DNA of 64,000 nucleotides from Deferribacterales bacterium (lineage in GTDB: Bacteria; Chrysiogenota; Deferribacteres; Deferribacterales; Geovibrionaceae). The notes under the pieces are model-generated. The model was given only the letters and a program-made list of their open reading frames with translations, made no database searches and was not told the DNA's origin. Position numbers and translations under genes: made by a program. Positions 20,251 to 30,050 of the stretch are shown in pieces. Location: positions 160,001-224,000 of the forward strand of contig JBFWLW010000001.1 of NCBI GenBank assembly GCA_050251945.1, read 5' to 3'. Positions within the stretch are counted from its first letter, which is position 1, and the number at the start of each line of letters is the position of its first letter.

Positions 20251-20992
20251 AAGATATTGGGGGACGGCGGTTATAATTCTGGCTTTCGTCCTTATATTTG
20301 AACTGCTTACGGATGTCACTGGAACACTTGAACCTGTTCTGTTTCCGGGACTGTCGAAGATACTGCCGGAGCTGGTGAACTCTTTCCCTAAGCTTGCGGA
20401 AGGTTTTTTAAGCTCAATGAAACTGCTGATACCAAGTTATTTCGCGGCTCTTATCCTTGGGATAGGCGGCGGGCTGGTAGTGGGGCATTTTGCTCCTTTG
20501 CGCATGGTGCTTATGCCTTTGTTCAGAGGAGCAAGCCCGATTCCACCTACTATGCTGATACCCTATGCGATAGCAGTGCTTCCGACATTCTGGCTTTCAT
20601 CGTGGTTCATAATATTCGTGGGTGCTTTCTGGCCTGTGATCATGGGAACGATACACGGTGTTGGGCTCATAGAGGAGCGCTATCTTGATAATGCGAAGGT
20701 GCTTAAGGTCACGGGGTTCAGGCTGTTTACAAAAGTGATTCTGCCGGGGGCGCTGCCTACCATATTCAACGGTGCGGGAATGGCGCTGGTTTTCAGCTTT
20801 ATCCTGCTGACCGTGGCGGAGATGTTCGGCGCGACATCGGGAATGGGGCATTTTATCCAGTATTATGCAGATTTTTCGGATTATCCGAAAGTGCTTGCCG
20901 GCATGCTTTTTCTGTCGGTCGTCATAGTTCTTCTGATGGAGCTTTTCGACATGGTGCAGAACAGGGCGCTGCATTGGACACACAAACGTTAA
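20237..20992 (+). CDS. ABC transporter permease (SsuC-like)
   Basis: PIPP, V.LPGALP.IF.G, VAEM.GA.SG.G; hydrophobic. Confidence 0.9.
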   Translation: MRIIKRYWGTAVIILAFVLIFELLTDVTGTLEPVLFPGLSKILPELVNSFPKLAEGFLSSMKLLIPSYFAALILGIGGGLVVGHFAPLRMVLMPLFRGASPIPPTMLIPYAIAVLPTFWLSSWFIIFVGAFWPVIMGTIHGVGLIEERYLDNAKVLKVTGFRLFTKVILPGALPTIFNGAGMALVFSFILLTVAEMFGATSGMGHFIQYYADFSDYPKVLAGMLFLSVVIVLLMELFDMVQNRALHWTHKR

Positions 20993-21001
20993 GGTGATTT
21001 T

Positions 21002-22357
21002 ATGAAAGAGATCCTTGAGGCGGAAAAGGCATCGCTTTTTCCCAACGAGATACCGAAATGGGGAGAACCGTATCCTAACAGGCTGAACAGGGAATCTGTC
21101 CTCGCAAGTCTAACGGATTATATATTACAGGTGAACCACAGGGAGTACAGACCGGATAAAAGAAAAGTGCTGGCGGTCAGAACCTCTGACCGCACGGCAA
21201 CCCTGAGAAATGCGGCAGCACCATTAAGGCAGGAAGTGTATTATTTTATAGAGGGGGAACTCTTTCCGCATGAGGGAATGACAAAGCTTAAAGAGGGGCA
21301 GAGACCAGCCGCGCTTGCGGAAGAGCTTCTGGACGACATCTATGAACAACTGTATATATGGGTCGCCTACGACCTTACAAAAGGTTCGCCCCCGGGGTTC
21401 GGAAAACCTTTTGATGAGCCGCTTATTGTAAAAGGGTCTGGAAATCCCAATCCTGATCAGATAACCAGACAGAAACCGATTGACGGTGTTAATCCGCTGT
21501 TCTTTCGCCCCGATCCGGTGCCGGTATATATTGTTGATGATTTTGTTCCCGACGTAACCGTAGAAGAGATTTTCAGGCACGTTGATGATCTGGTGAAGAA
21601 TGATTTCAGGAACGCTCTGCCGGAAGGGGATAATCCGCCGATATGGGAAACGCCGCTGATAGGCATAGCGTCTGCTGATGATCCGTTATTTGCAAGGTTT
21701 CAGGATCCTGAGGTTGAAGGAGCCGGACACAGACTGCCTCAGGAGTGGCTGAAAGGCGCCAGATCGGTGATAAGCGTCTTTCTTCCTTTCACTAAGCACA
21801 TTTCCGCGCATTATACAAAACAGCAAAGGTATTCCGCTCTTGAATTTTCTTCCGGCAAATGGAACGGCTCAAAGTTTCTGAACGTTGTCCGCCGTTCGCT
21901 CATAAGATTTGCAAACAGCAGGGGCGCAGAGGCTCTGGCACCGAATATTGACCCGAGATATGATTCCGACGGATGGCGACCCTACTGGTCTGAAAGACAC
22001 GTCGCTTTCGCCGCAGGGCTGGGAACGTTCGGACTTCATCAGAACCTGATAAGTGAGAAGGGTGCTTTAGGCAGGATATGCAGTGTGATAACAACGCTGA
22101 ATCTGAAGCCGGCGGTTCGCCCGTATACGGATGTATACGGTTACTGTCTTTACGCTTTTGACGGAAGTTGTGACGCGTGCGTCAGAAGATGTCCGACAGG
22201 CGCAATAACCGATGCCGGAAAGGTTGACGGCAGGTGTGAGACCCACGGGAACAAGGAGCATTTTAAAGACTGGAATTACGGTTCCTGCGGACACTGTTCA
22301 ACGAACATACCCTGTTCAAGAACAATTCCCGCAAAAATAAAACGTACCCTTAAATGA
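21002..22357 (+). CDS. QueG/reductive dehalogenase-like 4Fe-4S protein with unknown ~190-aa N-terminal extension
   Basis: GIASADDPLF, SVIS.FLPF, WSERHVAFAAGLGTFGL, SVIT, C......CDACVRRCP, CGHC...PC. Confidence 0.75.
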   Translation: MKEILEAEKASLFPNEIPKWGEPYPNRLNRESVLASLTDYILQVNHREYRPDKRKVLAVRTSDRTATLRNAAAPLRQEVYYFIEGELFPHEGMTKLKEGQRPAALAEELLDDIYEQLYIWVAYDLTKGSPPGFGKPFDEPLIVKGSGNPNPDQITRQKPIDGVNPLFFRPDPVPVYIVDDFVPDVTVEEIFRHVDDLVKNDFRNALPEGDNPPIWETPLIGIASADDPLFARFQDPEVEGAGHRLPQEWLKGARSVISVFLPFTKHISAHYTKQQRYSALEFSSGKWNGSKFLNVVRRSLIRFANSRGAEALAPNIDPRYDSDGWRPYWSERHVAFAAGLGTFGLHQNLISEKGALGRICSVITTLNLKPAVRPYTDVYGYCLYAFDGSCDACVRRCPTGAITDAGKVDGRCETHGNKEHFKDWNYGSCGHCSTNIPCSRTIPAKIKRTLK

Positions 22358-22382
22358 AAAAAGCGGGCATAAAGCCCGCTTT
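22357..22382. terminator. Bidirectional terminator
   Basis: AAAAAAGCGGGC-ATAAA-GCCCGCTTT between convergent genes. Confidence 0.8.
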
Positions 22383-22405
22383 AAAATATTTAAATCCGTA
22401 GTGGA

Positions 22406-22741
22406 TTAATATCTTCCGCCGCGTCCGCCGCCGAAGCCGCTGCCGCCTCTGTTACCGCCGCGTCCTCCACCGAAACCGCCGCCTCTGTTTCCGCCTTCTT
22501 CGCGGGGTTTAGCTTCGTTTACAGTGATGTTACGGTTGCCAAGCTCTGTACCGTTGAATTTTTCGATTGCTGCTTTGCCTTCGTTGTTGTCAGACATTTC
22601 AACGAATCCAAAACCTTTTGAACGGCCTGTTTCTCTGTCAGAGATGATGCGAGCTGAATCAACTGCGCCTACTCCGCTGAAAAGTGAAACGAGATCGTCT
22701 TCTGTTGTGCCGTAGCTAAGATTTCCTACATAGATGTTCAT
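22406..22741 (-). CDS. RRM RNA-binding protein with Gly/Arg-rich tail (paralog 2)
   Basis: [14 protein letters not shown]; highly similar to paralog 1. Confidence 0.95.
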   Translation of the reverse strand: MNIYVGNLSYGTTEDDLVSLFSGVGAVDSARIISDRETGRSKGFGFVEMSDNNEGKAAIEKFNGTELGNRNITVNEAKPREEGGNRGGGFGGGRGGNRGGSGFGGGRGGRY

Positions 22742-22989
22742 AATGAATCCTCATAAAATATTATTTGTCAAAACTATTCATGGACCGGTGCGCAAAGAAC
22801 GGAGATGTACTAAATCTGTACTGAGAACTGTGGAATGAACAATTTTGCAGATAAATATTGAAGATTCAATAGAAAGCGGCATATAACTGATCAGGATCCG
22901 GTTCAAAATCCGGGTTAAATTTGCGAACAACCTACAACCGATGTATCGGTCTGACATGGTTACTATACAGCGTTGCAAATAAATAGCAA
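22742..22989 (-). promoter_or_regulatory. Sigma70-like promoter and conserved long 5' leader of RRM paralog 2
   Basis: TTGCTA(22989-22984)-16-TATAGT(22967-22962); leader homologous to 17992-18229. Confidence 0.6.
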
Positions 22990-23018
22990 GAGGAAAAATA
23001 AAAAAATATCAATATAAT

Positions 23019-23045
23019 AAAAAAAGCGGGCATGGAAGCCCGCTT
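23019..23045 (-). terminator. Intrinsic terminator after RRM paralog 3
   Basis: AAGCGGGC-N6-GCCCGCTT with T run on the minus strand; same stem as 22357-22382. Confidence 0.8.
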
Positions 23046-23071
23046 AGATAGATTATTTATTCAGAGATATC

Positions 23072-23377
23072 TTAGTATCTTCTGTTTCCGCCGCCGAAAC
23101 CGCCGCCTCTGGGGCCGCGTCCTGCGGGTTTGTCCTCTTTCGGTTTAGCTTCGTTAACTGTGATGTTTCTGCTTCCGAGTTCGGAACCGTTAAATTTTTC
23201 AATGGCAGCTTTCGCTTCGGCGTCGTTAGGCATTTCAACAAAGCCGAAACCTTTGGAACGACCTGTTTCCCTGTCTTTGATGATACGAGCGGAATCTACC
23301 GCGCCCATTGTTGAGAAAAGCCCAACAAGGTCTTCTTCTTTCGTCTGATAGCTGATGTTACCTACATAAATGTTCAT
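23072..23377 (-). CDS. RRM RNA-binding protein (paralog 3)
   Basis: [14 protein letters not shown]; start moved to ATG 23377 by alignment with the paralogs. Confidence 0.95.
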   Translation of the reverse strand: MNIYVGNISYQTKEEDLVGLFSTMGAVDSARIIKDRETGRSKGFGFVEMPNDAEAKAAIEKFNGSELGSRNITVNEAKPKEDKPAGRGPRGGGFGGGNRRY

Positions 23378-23584
23378 ATACAACCCTTTGACCGCATAAT
23401 GGTCATTCAATGTGATTGTTCAGAATAACTCAAAAATAATACAAATCAAGTAAAATGTTGTATTGTGTAAGGGTCTTGGATAAAAAATCCTTATTTCACA
23501 TCTTTAACATTGAAAAATCCTGCGGTGCTGTTAATGTAGTGTGGTAAAAAAATAGTTTATTAACAAATATACGGAGTTTCAAAT

Positions 23585-24655
23585 ATGTCTGAAAAAACAT
23601 GGGAACTGAAGTGGATGGCATGGGAGATCACATCAAAATGCAACCTTAAATGTGTTCACTGCCGCTCGTCTTCAGGTATTCATTCCGCCGTTGGCGATTT
23701 CACACTTGAAAAAGCTAAAAACTTTATAGATGAGCTGACAGCTTTTGCAACACCTGTCGTTGTTCTTACGGGCGGCGAACCGCTTATGCGTGAGGACGTT
23801 TTCGACATCGCTGCATACGGCACTGAAAAAGGTCTGCGTATGGCTATGGCGACAAATGGTGTTCTTGTTAACGACGAAGTGTGTGAAAAGATGAAAGCAT
23901 CCGGCATCCGCATAGTTTCTCTCAGCCTCGACGGCTCTACACCTGCCGTTCATGACGATTTCCGTCAGCAGGAAGGCTCGTTTCAGGCTGTTATGGATGC
24001 TGCGGCATACTTCCGCAAACACGAAATCAAATTCATCATTAACTCATCGTTCGCCAAACGAAATCAGCACGACATCATGGCGACCTATAAACTCGCAAAA
24101 TCGCTGAAACCAACCGCTTGGTATATGTTCCTCATAGTTCCCACAGGCAGGGGAGAGGAGCTTATGAAAGAGCTTATCAGCAAAGAGGACTATGAAGAAA
24201 TCCTCAACTGGCACTATGATATGGAGCGCGACGAGGATGAGATTCTGGTTCGCCCCACCTGCGCGCCTCAATATTACAGGATTTGGGCAGACCGCAGCAA
24301 AGAGGCGGGACTGGACAAAAACCGCAGAAACCTCACTTTCGGCACTGGCGGAAGCAAAGGCTGCATAGCCGGACAGACCATCGCCCTTGTGAACTCAAAA
24401 GGTGATGTGCTTCCCTGCTCATACTTCCCCGTAACTGCGGGCAACGTTTTCCAGACACCTTTTAAGGACATCTGGGACAACTCTAAGCTTATGAACGATA
24501 TGCGCACCTTTAAAGATTATGAGGGCAAATGCGGCGTGTGCAAACACCTTGGCGTTTGCGGAGGATGCCGCGCAAGAGCTTATGCCGTTTCAGGCGACTA
24601 CATGGCAGAGGAGCCTTTCTGCGACTATATCCCTTCCAACTATTCCTGCAAATAA
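23585..24655 (+). CDS. ahbD: Radical SAM/SPASM protein, heme b synthase AhbD-like (alternative heme biosynthesis)
   Basis: [45 protein letters not shown]....CGGCRARA...EEPFC. Confidence 0.72.
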   Translation: MSEKTWELKWMAWEITSKCNLKCVHCRSSSGIHSAVGDFTLEKAKNFIDELTAFATPVVVLTGGEPLMREDVFDIAAYGTEKGLRMAMATNGVLVNDEVCEKMKASGIRIVSLSLDGSTPAVHDDFRQQEGSFQAVMDAAAYFRKHEIKFIINSSFAKRNQHDIMATYKLAKSLKPTAWYMFLIVPTGRGEELMKELISKEDYEEILNWHYDMERDEDEILVRPTCAPQYYRIWADRSKEAGLDKNRRNLTFGTGGSKGCIAGQTIALVNSKGDVLPCSYFPVTAGNVFQTPFKDIWDNSKLMNDMRTFKDYEGKCGVCKHLGVCGGCRARAYAVSGDYMAEEPFCDYIPSNYSCK

Positions 24656-24759
24656 ATTTTCTGCGGGTGTTTTATAATGATAAAGCACCCGCATCTCCTT
24701 ACCAATCTCTTTTTCACAGGCACAGTCTTTTTATCATCTTATAATGAACATTTACTGTC

Positions 24760-24788
24760 TTGACATGGTACAAATTATGTTTTAAAAT
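24760..24788 (+). promoter_or_regulatory. Sigma70 promoter
   Basis: TTGACA-17-TAAAAT upstream of the GGGGAG RBS of the C-N hydrolase gene. Confidence 0.7.
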
Positions 24789-24810
24789 CCCGAAGACTTA
24801 GGGGAGTCAT

Positions 24811-25596
24811 ATGAAGATAATTTCGCTTCAACTGCCTGTAAGGCTTTCAGAGGTTGATGAAAACCTCCGGAAGTTTAAAAATGGTATTTCGCAAGTTATT
24901 GATGGTGAAGATTCAATTATCATTTTGCCGGAGATGTGGGCTTGCGGGTTCGACTACCGTCGGCTGGTGGAATTTTCTGAAAGAACTCACGGTATAATAA
25001 ATGAAATACAGGATATTATAAATGATAATACGCTTGTAATCTCATCACTCCCTGAGAGAAATCAAAACAAGGTTTTTAATACGGTCTATGCGGTTTCAAA
25101 AAATGGAATCGCCGCAACCTATAGAAAGAACTTCCTTTTTTCTCCTATGAAGGAGAATGAGTACATAGATAACGGCAGCGGCATTACCGTCTTTGACTTC
25201 AAGGGTGTGAAGGTCGGACTGCTTTTGTGTTATGAGGTCAGGTTCCCTGAGATGTTTCGTATGACAGCGTTTGCCGGAGCGGATATAATAACTGTACCCG
25301 CTATCTGGCCGCAGATGAAAAAGGAACACTGGCTCACACTCATGCGCGCACGAGCCATTGAGAATCAGTGTTACGTCGCAGGATGCAACACCAGTGTCAT
25401 GATGGGCAAAAAAGATATGCCGTGCGGTTTTTCCGCAGCATATGATCCGTGGGGTGAACCTATGTTTGAACCCGCCGGAGAAGAGGGTGTTTACACCTCA
25501 TATGCGGACGCGGCAGTTGTTGAAGATATCAGGACAAAAATTCCCAGCTTCCTTGATGCAAAGGGATTTTTTACAATAAAAGGCATTAACAGTTGA
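24811..25596 (+). CDS. Carbon-nitrogen hydrolase (nitrilase family)
   Basis: Catalytic triad motifs LPEM, YRK, CYEVRFPE; RARAIENQ. Confidence 0.92.
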   Translation: MKIISLQLPVRLSEVDENLRKFKNGISQVIDGEDSIIILPEMWACGFDYRRLVEFSERTHGIINEIQDIINDNTLVISSLPERNQNKVFNTVYAVSKNGIAATYRKNFLFSPMKENEYIDNGSGITVFDFKGVKVGLLLCYEVRFPEMFRMTAFAGADIITVPAIWPQMKKEHWLTLMRARAIENQCYVAGCNTSVMMGKKDMPCGFSAAYDPWGEPMFEPAGEEGVYTSYADAAVVEDIRTKIPSFLDAKGFFTIKGINS

Positions 25597-25621
25597 TAAC
25601 TACTCAAATATGGAGGAACAA

Positions 25622-27202
25622 ATGTCCGAATTAGAGTCACGCATCAGATGTAAGAGCCTTCTCAGCAAAGTTGTTAAAGTTGAGGAGACTATCCAGTATT
25701 TCAAAGACGGAATGAACCTCGGCTGGTCAGGTTTCACACCCGCCGGCTACCCTAAAGCAGTTCCGATAGCTCTGGCTGATCATGTTGAAGCTAACAACCT
25801 TCAGGGCAAACTGAGATTCAACCTCTTCATCGGCGCATCAGTAGGCGCTGAAACTGAGAACAGATGGGCGCAGCTTGACATGATAGACCGCAGATGGCCC
25901 TATCAGACAGGTAAAGATATCGCTAAAGGAATTAACGAAGGACGCATCCGTATGGGCGACAAACACCTTTCTCTGTTCGCTCAGGATCTCGGATACGGTT
26001 TCTATACAAAAGACACTCCCTCAGGCAAACTTGACCTCGCGATCATCGAAGTTTCAGCTATCACAGAAGACGGCGGACTTGTTCCCACTTCTTCTTGCGG
26101 CGTTATCCCTGAAATTCTTATGATATGCGACAAAGTTATTCTTGAAGTTAACACTGGTCAGCCCTCATTTGAAGGCATGCACGATATCATTATCCCCGGA
26201 ACCCCCCCTAACAGACAAGTGTTCAACATCACAAGAGCTGACAGCCGCATAGGTACAACTTACTGTCCTTGCGACCCCGGCAAAATCATCGCTATCGTTG
26301 AGTCTAAACACCTCGACAAAGGTCGCTCTTTCGCTGAGCAGGACGAAACTTCCGAAGCTATCGCAAACCACATCATGGAATTCTTCAAATATGAAGTTAA
26401 ATGCGGCAGACTTCCCAAAAACCTTCTGCCCATCCAGTCCGGCGTCGGTTCAATAGCAAATGCAGTTGTCGGCGGTCTTGCGAAAGGTCCTTTCAGTAAC
26501 CTTACAGTTTTCACCGAAGTTCTTCAGGATACAATGCTTGACCTGTTCGACTCCGGCAAACTTGACGCAGCGTCTTCTTGCTCACTTTCACTCTCTGAGA
26601 AAGAAGGTTTCCCCAGATTTTTCGCTAACAAAGCTAAATACGATTCTAAAATCGTTCTTCGTCCCCTTTCAATCTCAAACGCTCCGGAACCTATCCGCCG
26701 TTTAGGTTGCATCGCGATGAATACACCCGTTGAGTTCGACATCTATGCACACGCAAACTCAACACTCGTCGGCGGTACAAGGATGATCAACGGTCTTGGA
26801 GGTTCAGGCGACTTCCTCAGAAACGGTTTCCTGAAAATCATGCACACGCCTTCAACCCGTCCTTCTAAAACTGACCCCCACGGTATCACATGTGTGGTTC
26901 CCAAAGCTCCGCACATTGACCATACAGAGCACGATCTTGACGTTCTCGTTACAGAGCAGGGTCTTGCCGACCTTAGAGGTCTTGCACCTAAAGACAGAGC
27001 GCAGATGCTTATCGACAAATGCGTTCACCCCGAGTACAAACCGATCATTCAGGAATACTTTGACATGGCGAAGAAAGAATGTCTGGCAAAAGGTATCGGT
27101 CACGAACCGCAGCTTTTCGACAGATGCTTCAAAATGCAGCTTAACCTTGCAAAACACGGTACAATGAAGATCAAAGATTGGAACGTACCTGAAATCGTTT
27201 AA
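25622..27202 (+). CDS. Succinyl-CoA:acetate CoA-transferase / acetyl-CoA hydrolase family
   Basis: SGFTPAGYPK, LPIQSGVGSIANA, GLGGSGDF, VTEQGLADLRG; GGAGG RBS. Confidence 0.93.
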   Translation: MSELESRIRCKSLLSKVVKVEETIQYFKDGMNLGWSGFTPAGYPKAVPIALADHVEANNLQGKLRFNLFIGASVGAETENRWAQLDMIDRRWPYQTGKDIAKGINEGRIRMGDKHLSLFAQDLGYGFYTKDTPSGKLDLAIIEVSAITEDGGLVPTSSCGVIPEILMICDKVILEVNTGQPSFEGMHDIIIPGTPPNRQVFNITRADSRIGTTYCPCDPGKIIAIVESKHLDKGRSFAEQDETSEAIANHIMEFFKYEVKCGRLPKNLLPIQSGVGSIANAVVGGLAKGPFSNLTVFTEVLQDTMLDLFDSGKLDAASSCSLSLSEKEGFPRFFANKAKYDSKIVLRPLSISNAPEPIRRLGCIAMNTPVEFDIYAHANSTLVGGTRMINGLGGSGDFLRNGFLKIMHTPSTRPSKTDPHGITCVVPKAPHIDHTEHDLDVLVTEQGLADLRGLAPKDRAQMLIDKCVHPEYKPIIQEYFDMAKKECLAKGIGHEPQLFDRCFKMQLNLAKHGTMKIKDWNVPEIV

Positions 27203-27222
27203 TCATCGTTTGTGTACGATTC

Positions 27223-27512
27223 AAAAAGCCCGACTTTGTCGGGCTTTTTAGTTTATTGACAAACTGGTTAAAATTTAATGAGATTGCCGCGTCAGCCTAC
27301 AGCTTCCTCGCAATGACAGCAATTTACGTCTTCGCGAGGAGCGCATGCGACGACGCGATCTCGCATTTTCCCGACTTATGACAAACTAAATTTGCACAGA
27401 CTCAAATTAGACTGCTTCGGGTTAAAACCCTCGCAGAGACTTTTTTTGTCTTCGCGAGGAGCACATGTGACGACGCGATCTCGCATTTTCCCGACTTTGC
27501 CGGGCTTTTTTT
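27223..27512. mobile_element. Tandem pair of REP/MITE-like elements (type A + type B) between terminator-like copies
   Basis: Unit 1 (~27256-27380) matches the reverse complement of the 17.5-kb element; unit 2 (~27378-27500) matches the reverse complement of the 42.3-kb element; flanks gcccgactttgtcgggcttttt and cccgactttgccgggcttttt. Confidence 0.7.
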
Positions 27513-28047
27513 ATATCTCGTCAGATGTTTTCACGGTGCTGTAGAAATAGTTAAGCGCCGCCAGAAATGATTTTTGTATCTCTTCTGCTTTAACCGTTGC
27601 GCCGTCGATAACAAGGTCTCGCGTTGCACAGGCGTCGCCGACGACGGTTGTGATGTAACCGAGGTCTTTTGCCGCTCTTGTAGTGGCGTCTATGCACATG
27701 TGGGTCATCATGCCTATTATGGTCAGGTCGGTTATCCCCATGGAGTCCAGATATTCTTTAAGACCTGTTTCTATGAAGCTGTTGGGGGAATGTTTTACGA
27801 CTATCTTTTCTCCATCAATGGGCTGGACCCGTCTGTTTATCCGGACACCTTCGGTGTCCGGCAGAAAGAAACCTGCTTCCGGTCTTGCCGCTATGTGCTG
27901 AATGAAGATAACAGGGAGTTTTCTTTCCCTGAATTTTTTTATCACTTCCGCCGCTTTTCCTGCTGCCGCTTCTGCGCCGGTAAGTTCCATCGAACCGCCG
28001 CTGAAATAATCATTCTGGATGTCAATTACTAACAGAGCCTGTTTCAT
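27511..28047 (-). CDS. Isochorismatase-family cysteine hydrolase
   Basis: ALLVIDIQNDYF, K..PNSF..T.L, GMMTHMCID.T.R. Confidence 0.92.
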   Translation of the reverse strand: MKQALLVIDIQNDYFSGGSMELTGAEAAAGKAAEVIKKFRERKLPVIFIQHIAARPEAGFFLPDTEGVRINRRVQPIDGEKIVVKHSPNSFIETGLKEYLDSMGITDLTIIGMMTHMCIDATTRAAKDLGYITTVVGDACATRDLVIDGATVKAEEIQKSFLAALNYFYSTVKTSDEI

Positions 28048-29888
28048 TCCATCCTCCCGTCGGTTTTTACTGAAGGCAGTATTATCTCGAACACAGCGCC
28101 GCTGTCAGAATTGCTGACGTTCATGTCGCCGTTGTGCTTTTGTATTATCTTCTTGCACATGTAAAGTCCGAGACCGGAGCCGTCCTTTTTCTTCTTTGTG
28201 GTGAAATAGGGTGTGAATATCTTGTCCAGTGCCTCGGGATTTATCCCTCCGCCGTTGTCGGATATCCGCATTATGCATACAGCGCCGCTCTCTTCTATTT
28301 CAATGTTTATATTGCCGACAAACATTTTGTTTTTCTCTTTTACGTCCATTATGGCATCTTTTGCGTTGTTCAGCAGGTTTACCATAACATGTTTGAACTC
28401 ATTCGGGTTTGCCGCGGCAAACACACTCTTTTTACCTTTGGAATCAATGGTTATGTCTATTTTCTTTTTAGCCATCGTGGGGTTGAGAAGTTTTAATATT
28501 TCTTCCGCAGTTCTGACCATATCCATTTTCATTTCAATGTTGCCCGACGGCAGTATGAAATCCATAAAATCGTTTATTGTTTCGCTCATGAACGTTATCT
28601 GCGCCATACACTTATCGACTATGTCCTCGCGGTGTTTGCGCTCCTCTTCATCCATATCGTCGTCGAGCATGTTCTGAACGTACATTGCCAGTATATTCAG
28701 CGGCTGTTTCCACTGGTGAGCCAGTGAGCTGAACATTTCGCCGAGGGTTGCCAGTTTTGACTGCTGGAAAAGCATCTGTTCCTTGATATAAAGCTGGTTT
28801 TCGTTCTCTTTCAGTTTCTCATCCAGAAATGTGTTGAGTATTATCGTTTTATGTCCGTTAAGAAACGACAGGAATATTACTCCGAATACGAGCAGTATTG
28901 TTATCGAACCACCGACAAGAGCCGCTTTGTATATGTTAAGGATATGTCTGTATTTGTTGTCGCGCTCCATTTTTACGAAATAGGCGACCTGCTGGTCGAG
29001 GATGTTTGGTATAGGCAGGAACGATGCAGTGACCTCTTTGCCGTTTATCACGGAGTGTATGGAAAATGCTTCGCCCATATCCATTCTCTCTTTGATAATC
29101 GGTTTGAATATTTCACATGCGTAGAGATATTCTTCTATACTGCCGAAAACAGTCGCGTTTTCCTGCAGGTATTCGTAGCTGATATTTTCCCGCAGATAGT
29201 TGTCGGAAAGTTCAGACTGTGCATAGTTGTATTGTTCTGACGGGAATACCGTTGAATCCACCACCGATTTTTTCACAAGGAAATCATGTATTCCCGCAGA
29301 GGTGGTGTTCATTGTGTTTGCCAGATATACGGACGAGATACTGATTTCTACACTGCCTATGTGGACTGAATTGTACACAAGAGGGTATACGAATCGGAAT
29401 CCGTTGAAAATCCGTCCCTCTTCAAACCCTTCGGTATATCTTACCAGTCTGTTTGCCGCGTCTACGGTGTGTCGTATGCCCGCCAGAGAGTCTCCGTATT
29501 CGTCGGGCTTGTGCATGCGCAGGAAGCTTACCGAATCTCTGGTATGAAAATGAAGCTGTTTAAGACCAAGCTTGACTTGTTGTTCATAGATGATGCGCAG
29601 TTTTTCATACATCTCTTTTCTTATTTCGTTCTGCCTCTTTGGCGTTGCCACGTCAGCTTCCGCAAAAAGTTTGAGAATGTCCGGATTACTGTTTATCATT
29701 ACGTTGTAAAAAGCGTTGGCAATGTTTCTCGCGTTTGAAATTCCTGCGTTATATGAAGAGCGGAGTGCTTCGGTTTCGTTTTTGAGATGTTCCTGAATAA
29801 AGATATCTTTGACCTTTCCTGCGCTGAAGAAAAATATAAGCTCACATACGAACAATGTGATTAAAATAATAGTTGTTTTTGTTTTCAT
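28044..29888 (-). CDS. Sensor histidine kinase with periplasmic Cache domain
   Basis: H-box LAHQWKQPL, N-box NLLNNAKDA, DNGGGI, F.PYFTTK, GSGLGL; two TM segments. Confidence 0.92.
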   Translation of the reverse strand: MKTKTTIILITLFVCELIFFFSAGKVKDIFIQEHLKNETEALRSSYNAGISNARNIANAFYNVMINSNPDILKLFAEADVATPKRQNEIRKEMYEKLRIIYEQQVKLGLKQLHFHTRDSVSFLRMHKPDEYGDSLAGIRHTVDAANRLVRYTEGFEEGRIFNGFRFVYPLVYNSVHIGSVEISISSVYLANTMNTTSAGIHDFLVKKSVVDSTVFPSEQYNYAQSELSDNYLRENISYEYLQENATVFGSIEEYLYACEIFKPIIKERMDMGEAFSIHSVINGKEVTASFLPIPNILDQQVAYFVKMERDNKYRHILNIYKAALVGGSITILLVFGVIFLSFLNGHKTIILNTFLDEKLKENENQLYIKEQMLFQQSKLATLGEMFSSLAHQWKQPLNILAMYVQNMLDDDMDEEERKHREDIVDKCMAQITFMSETINDFMDFILPSGNIEMKMDMVRTAEEILKLLNPTMAKKKIDITIDSKGKKSVFAAANPNEFKHVMVNLLNNAKDAIMDVKEKNKMFVGNINIEIEESGAVCIMRISDNGGGINPEALDKIFTPYFTTKKKKDGSGLGLYMCKKIIQKHNGDMNVSNSDSGAVFEIILPSVKTDGRME

Positions 29889-30050
29889 TTACTCAGCCTG
29901 ATCATCTGATATTTATTCCAGATAGTACCACATTATTCAAGTTTTTTTTGTGCAAATTCTTCTCACGTGTGTGAACCGCCGTTACACACCAAAATTTGAT
30001 ATAAAATGGTTTGCTGCAATATACAAGGTGGTTACGGAATTATGCGTTTT

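Noticed and set aside
21002..22357. Calling this gene queG or rdhA
   Set aside because: It is only family-like: it has a long unknown N-terminus, no TAT signal or rdhB partner, and a transporter context
27256..27500. CRISPR array suggested by the repeated ~49-bp unit
   Set aside because: Only two copies, the intervening DNA is itself a dispersed repeat found at other loci, and no cas genes are present
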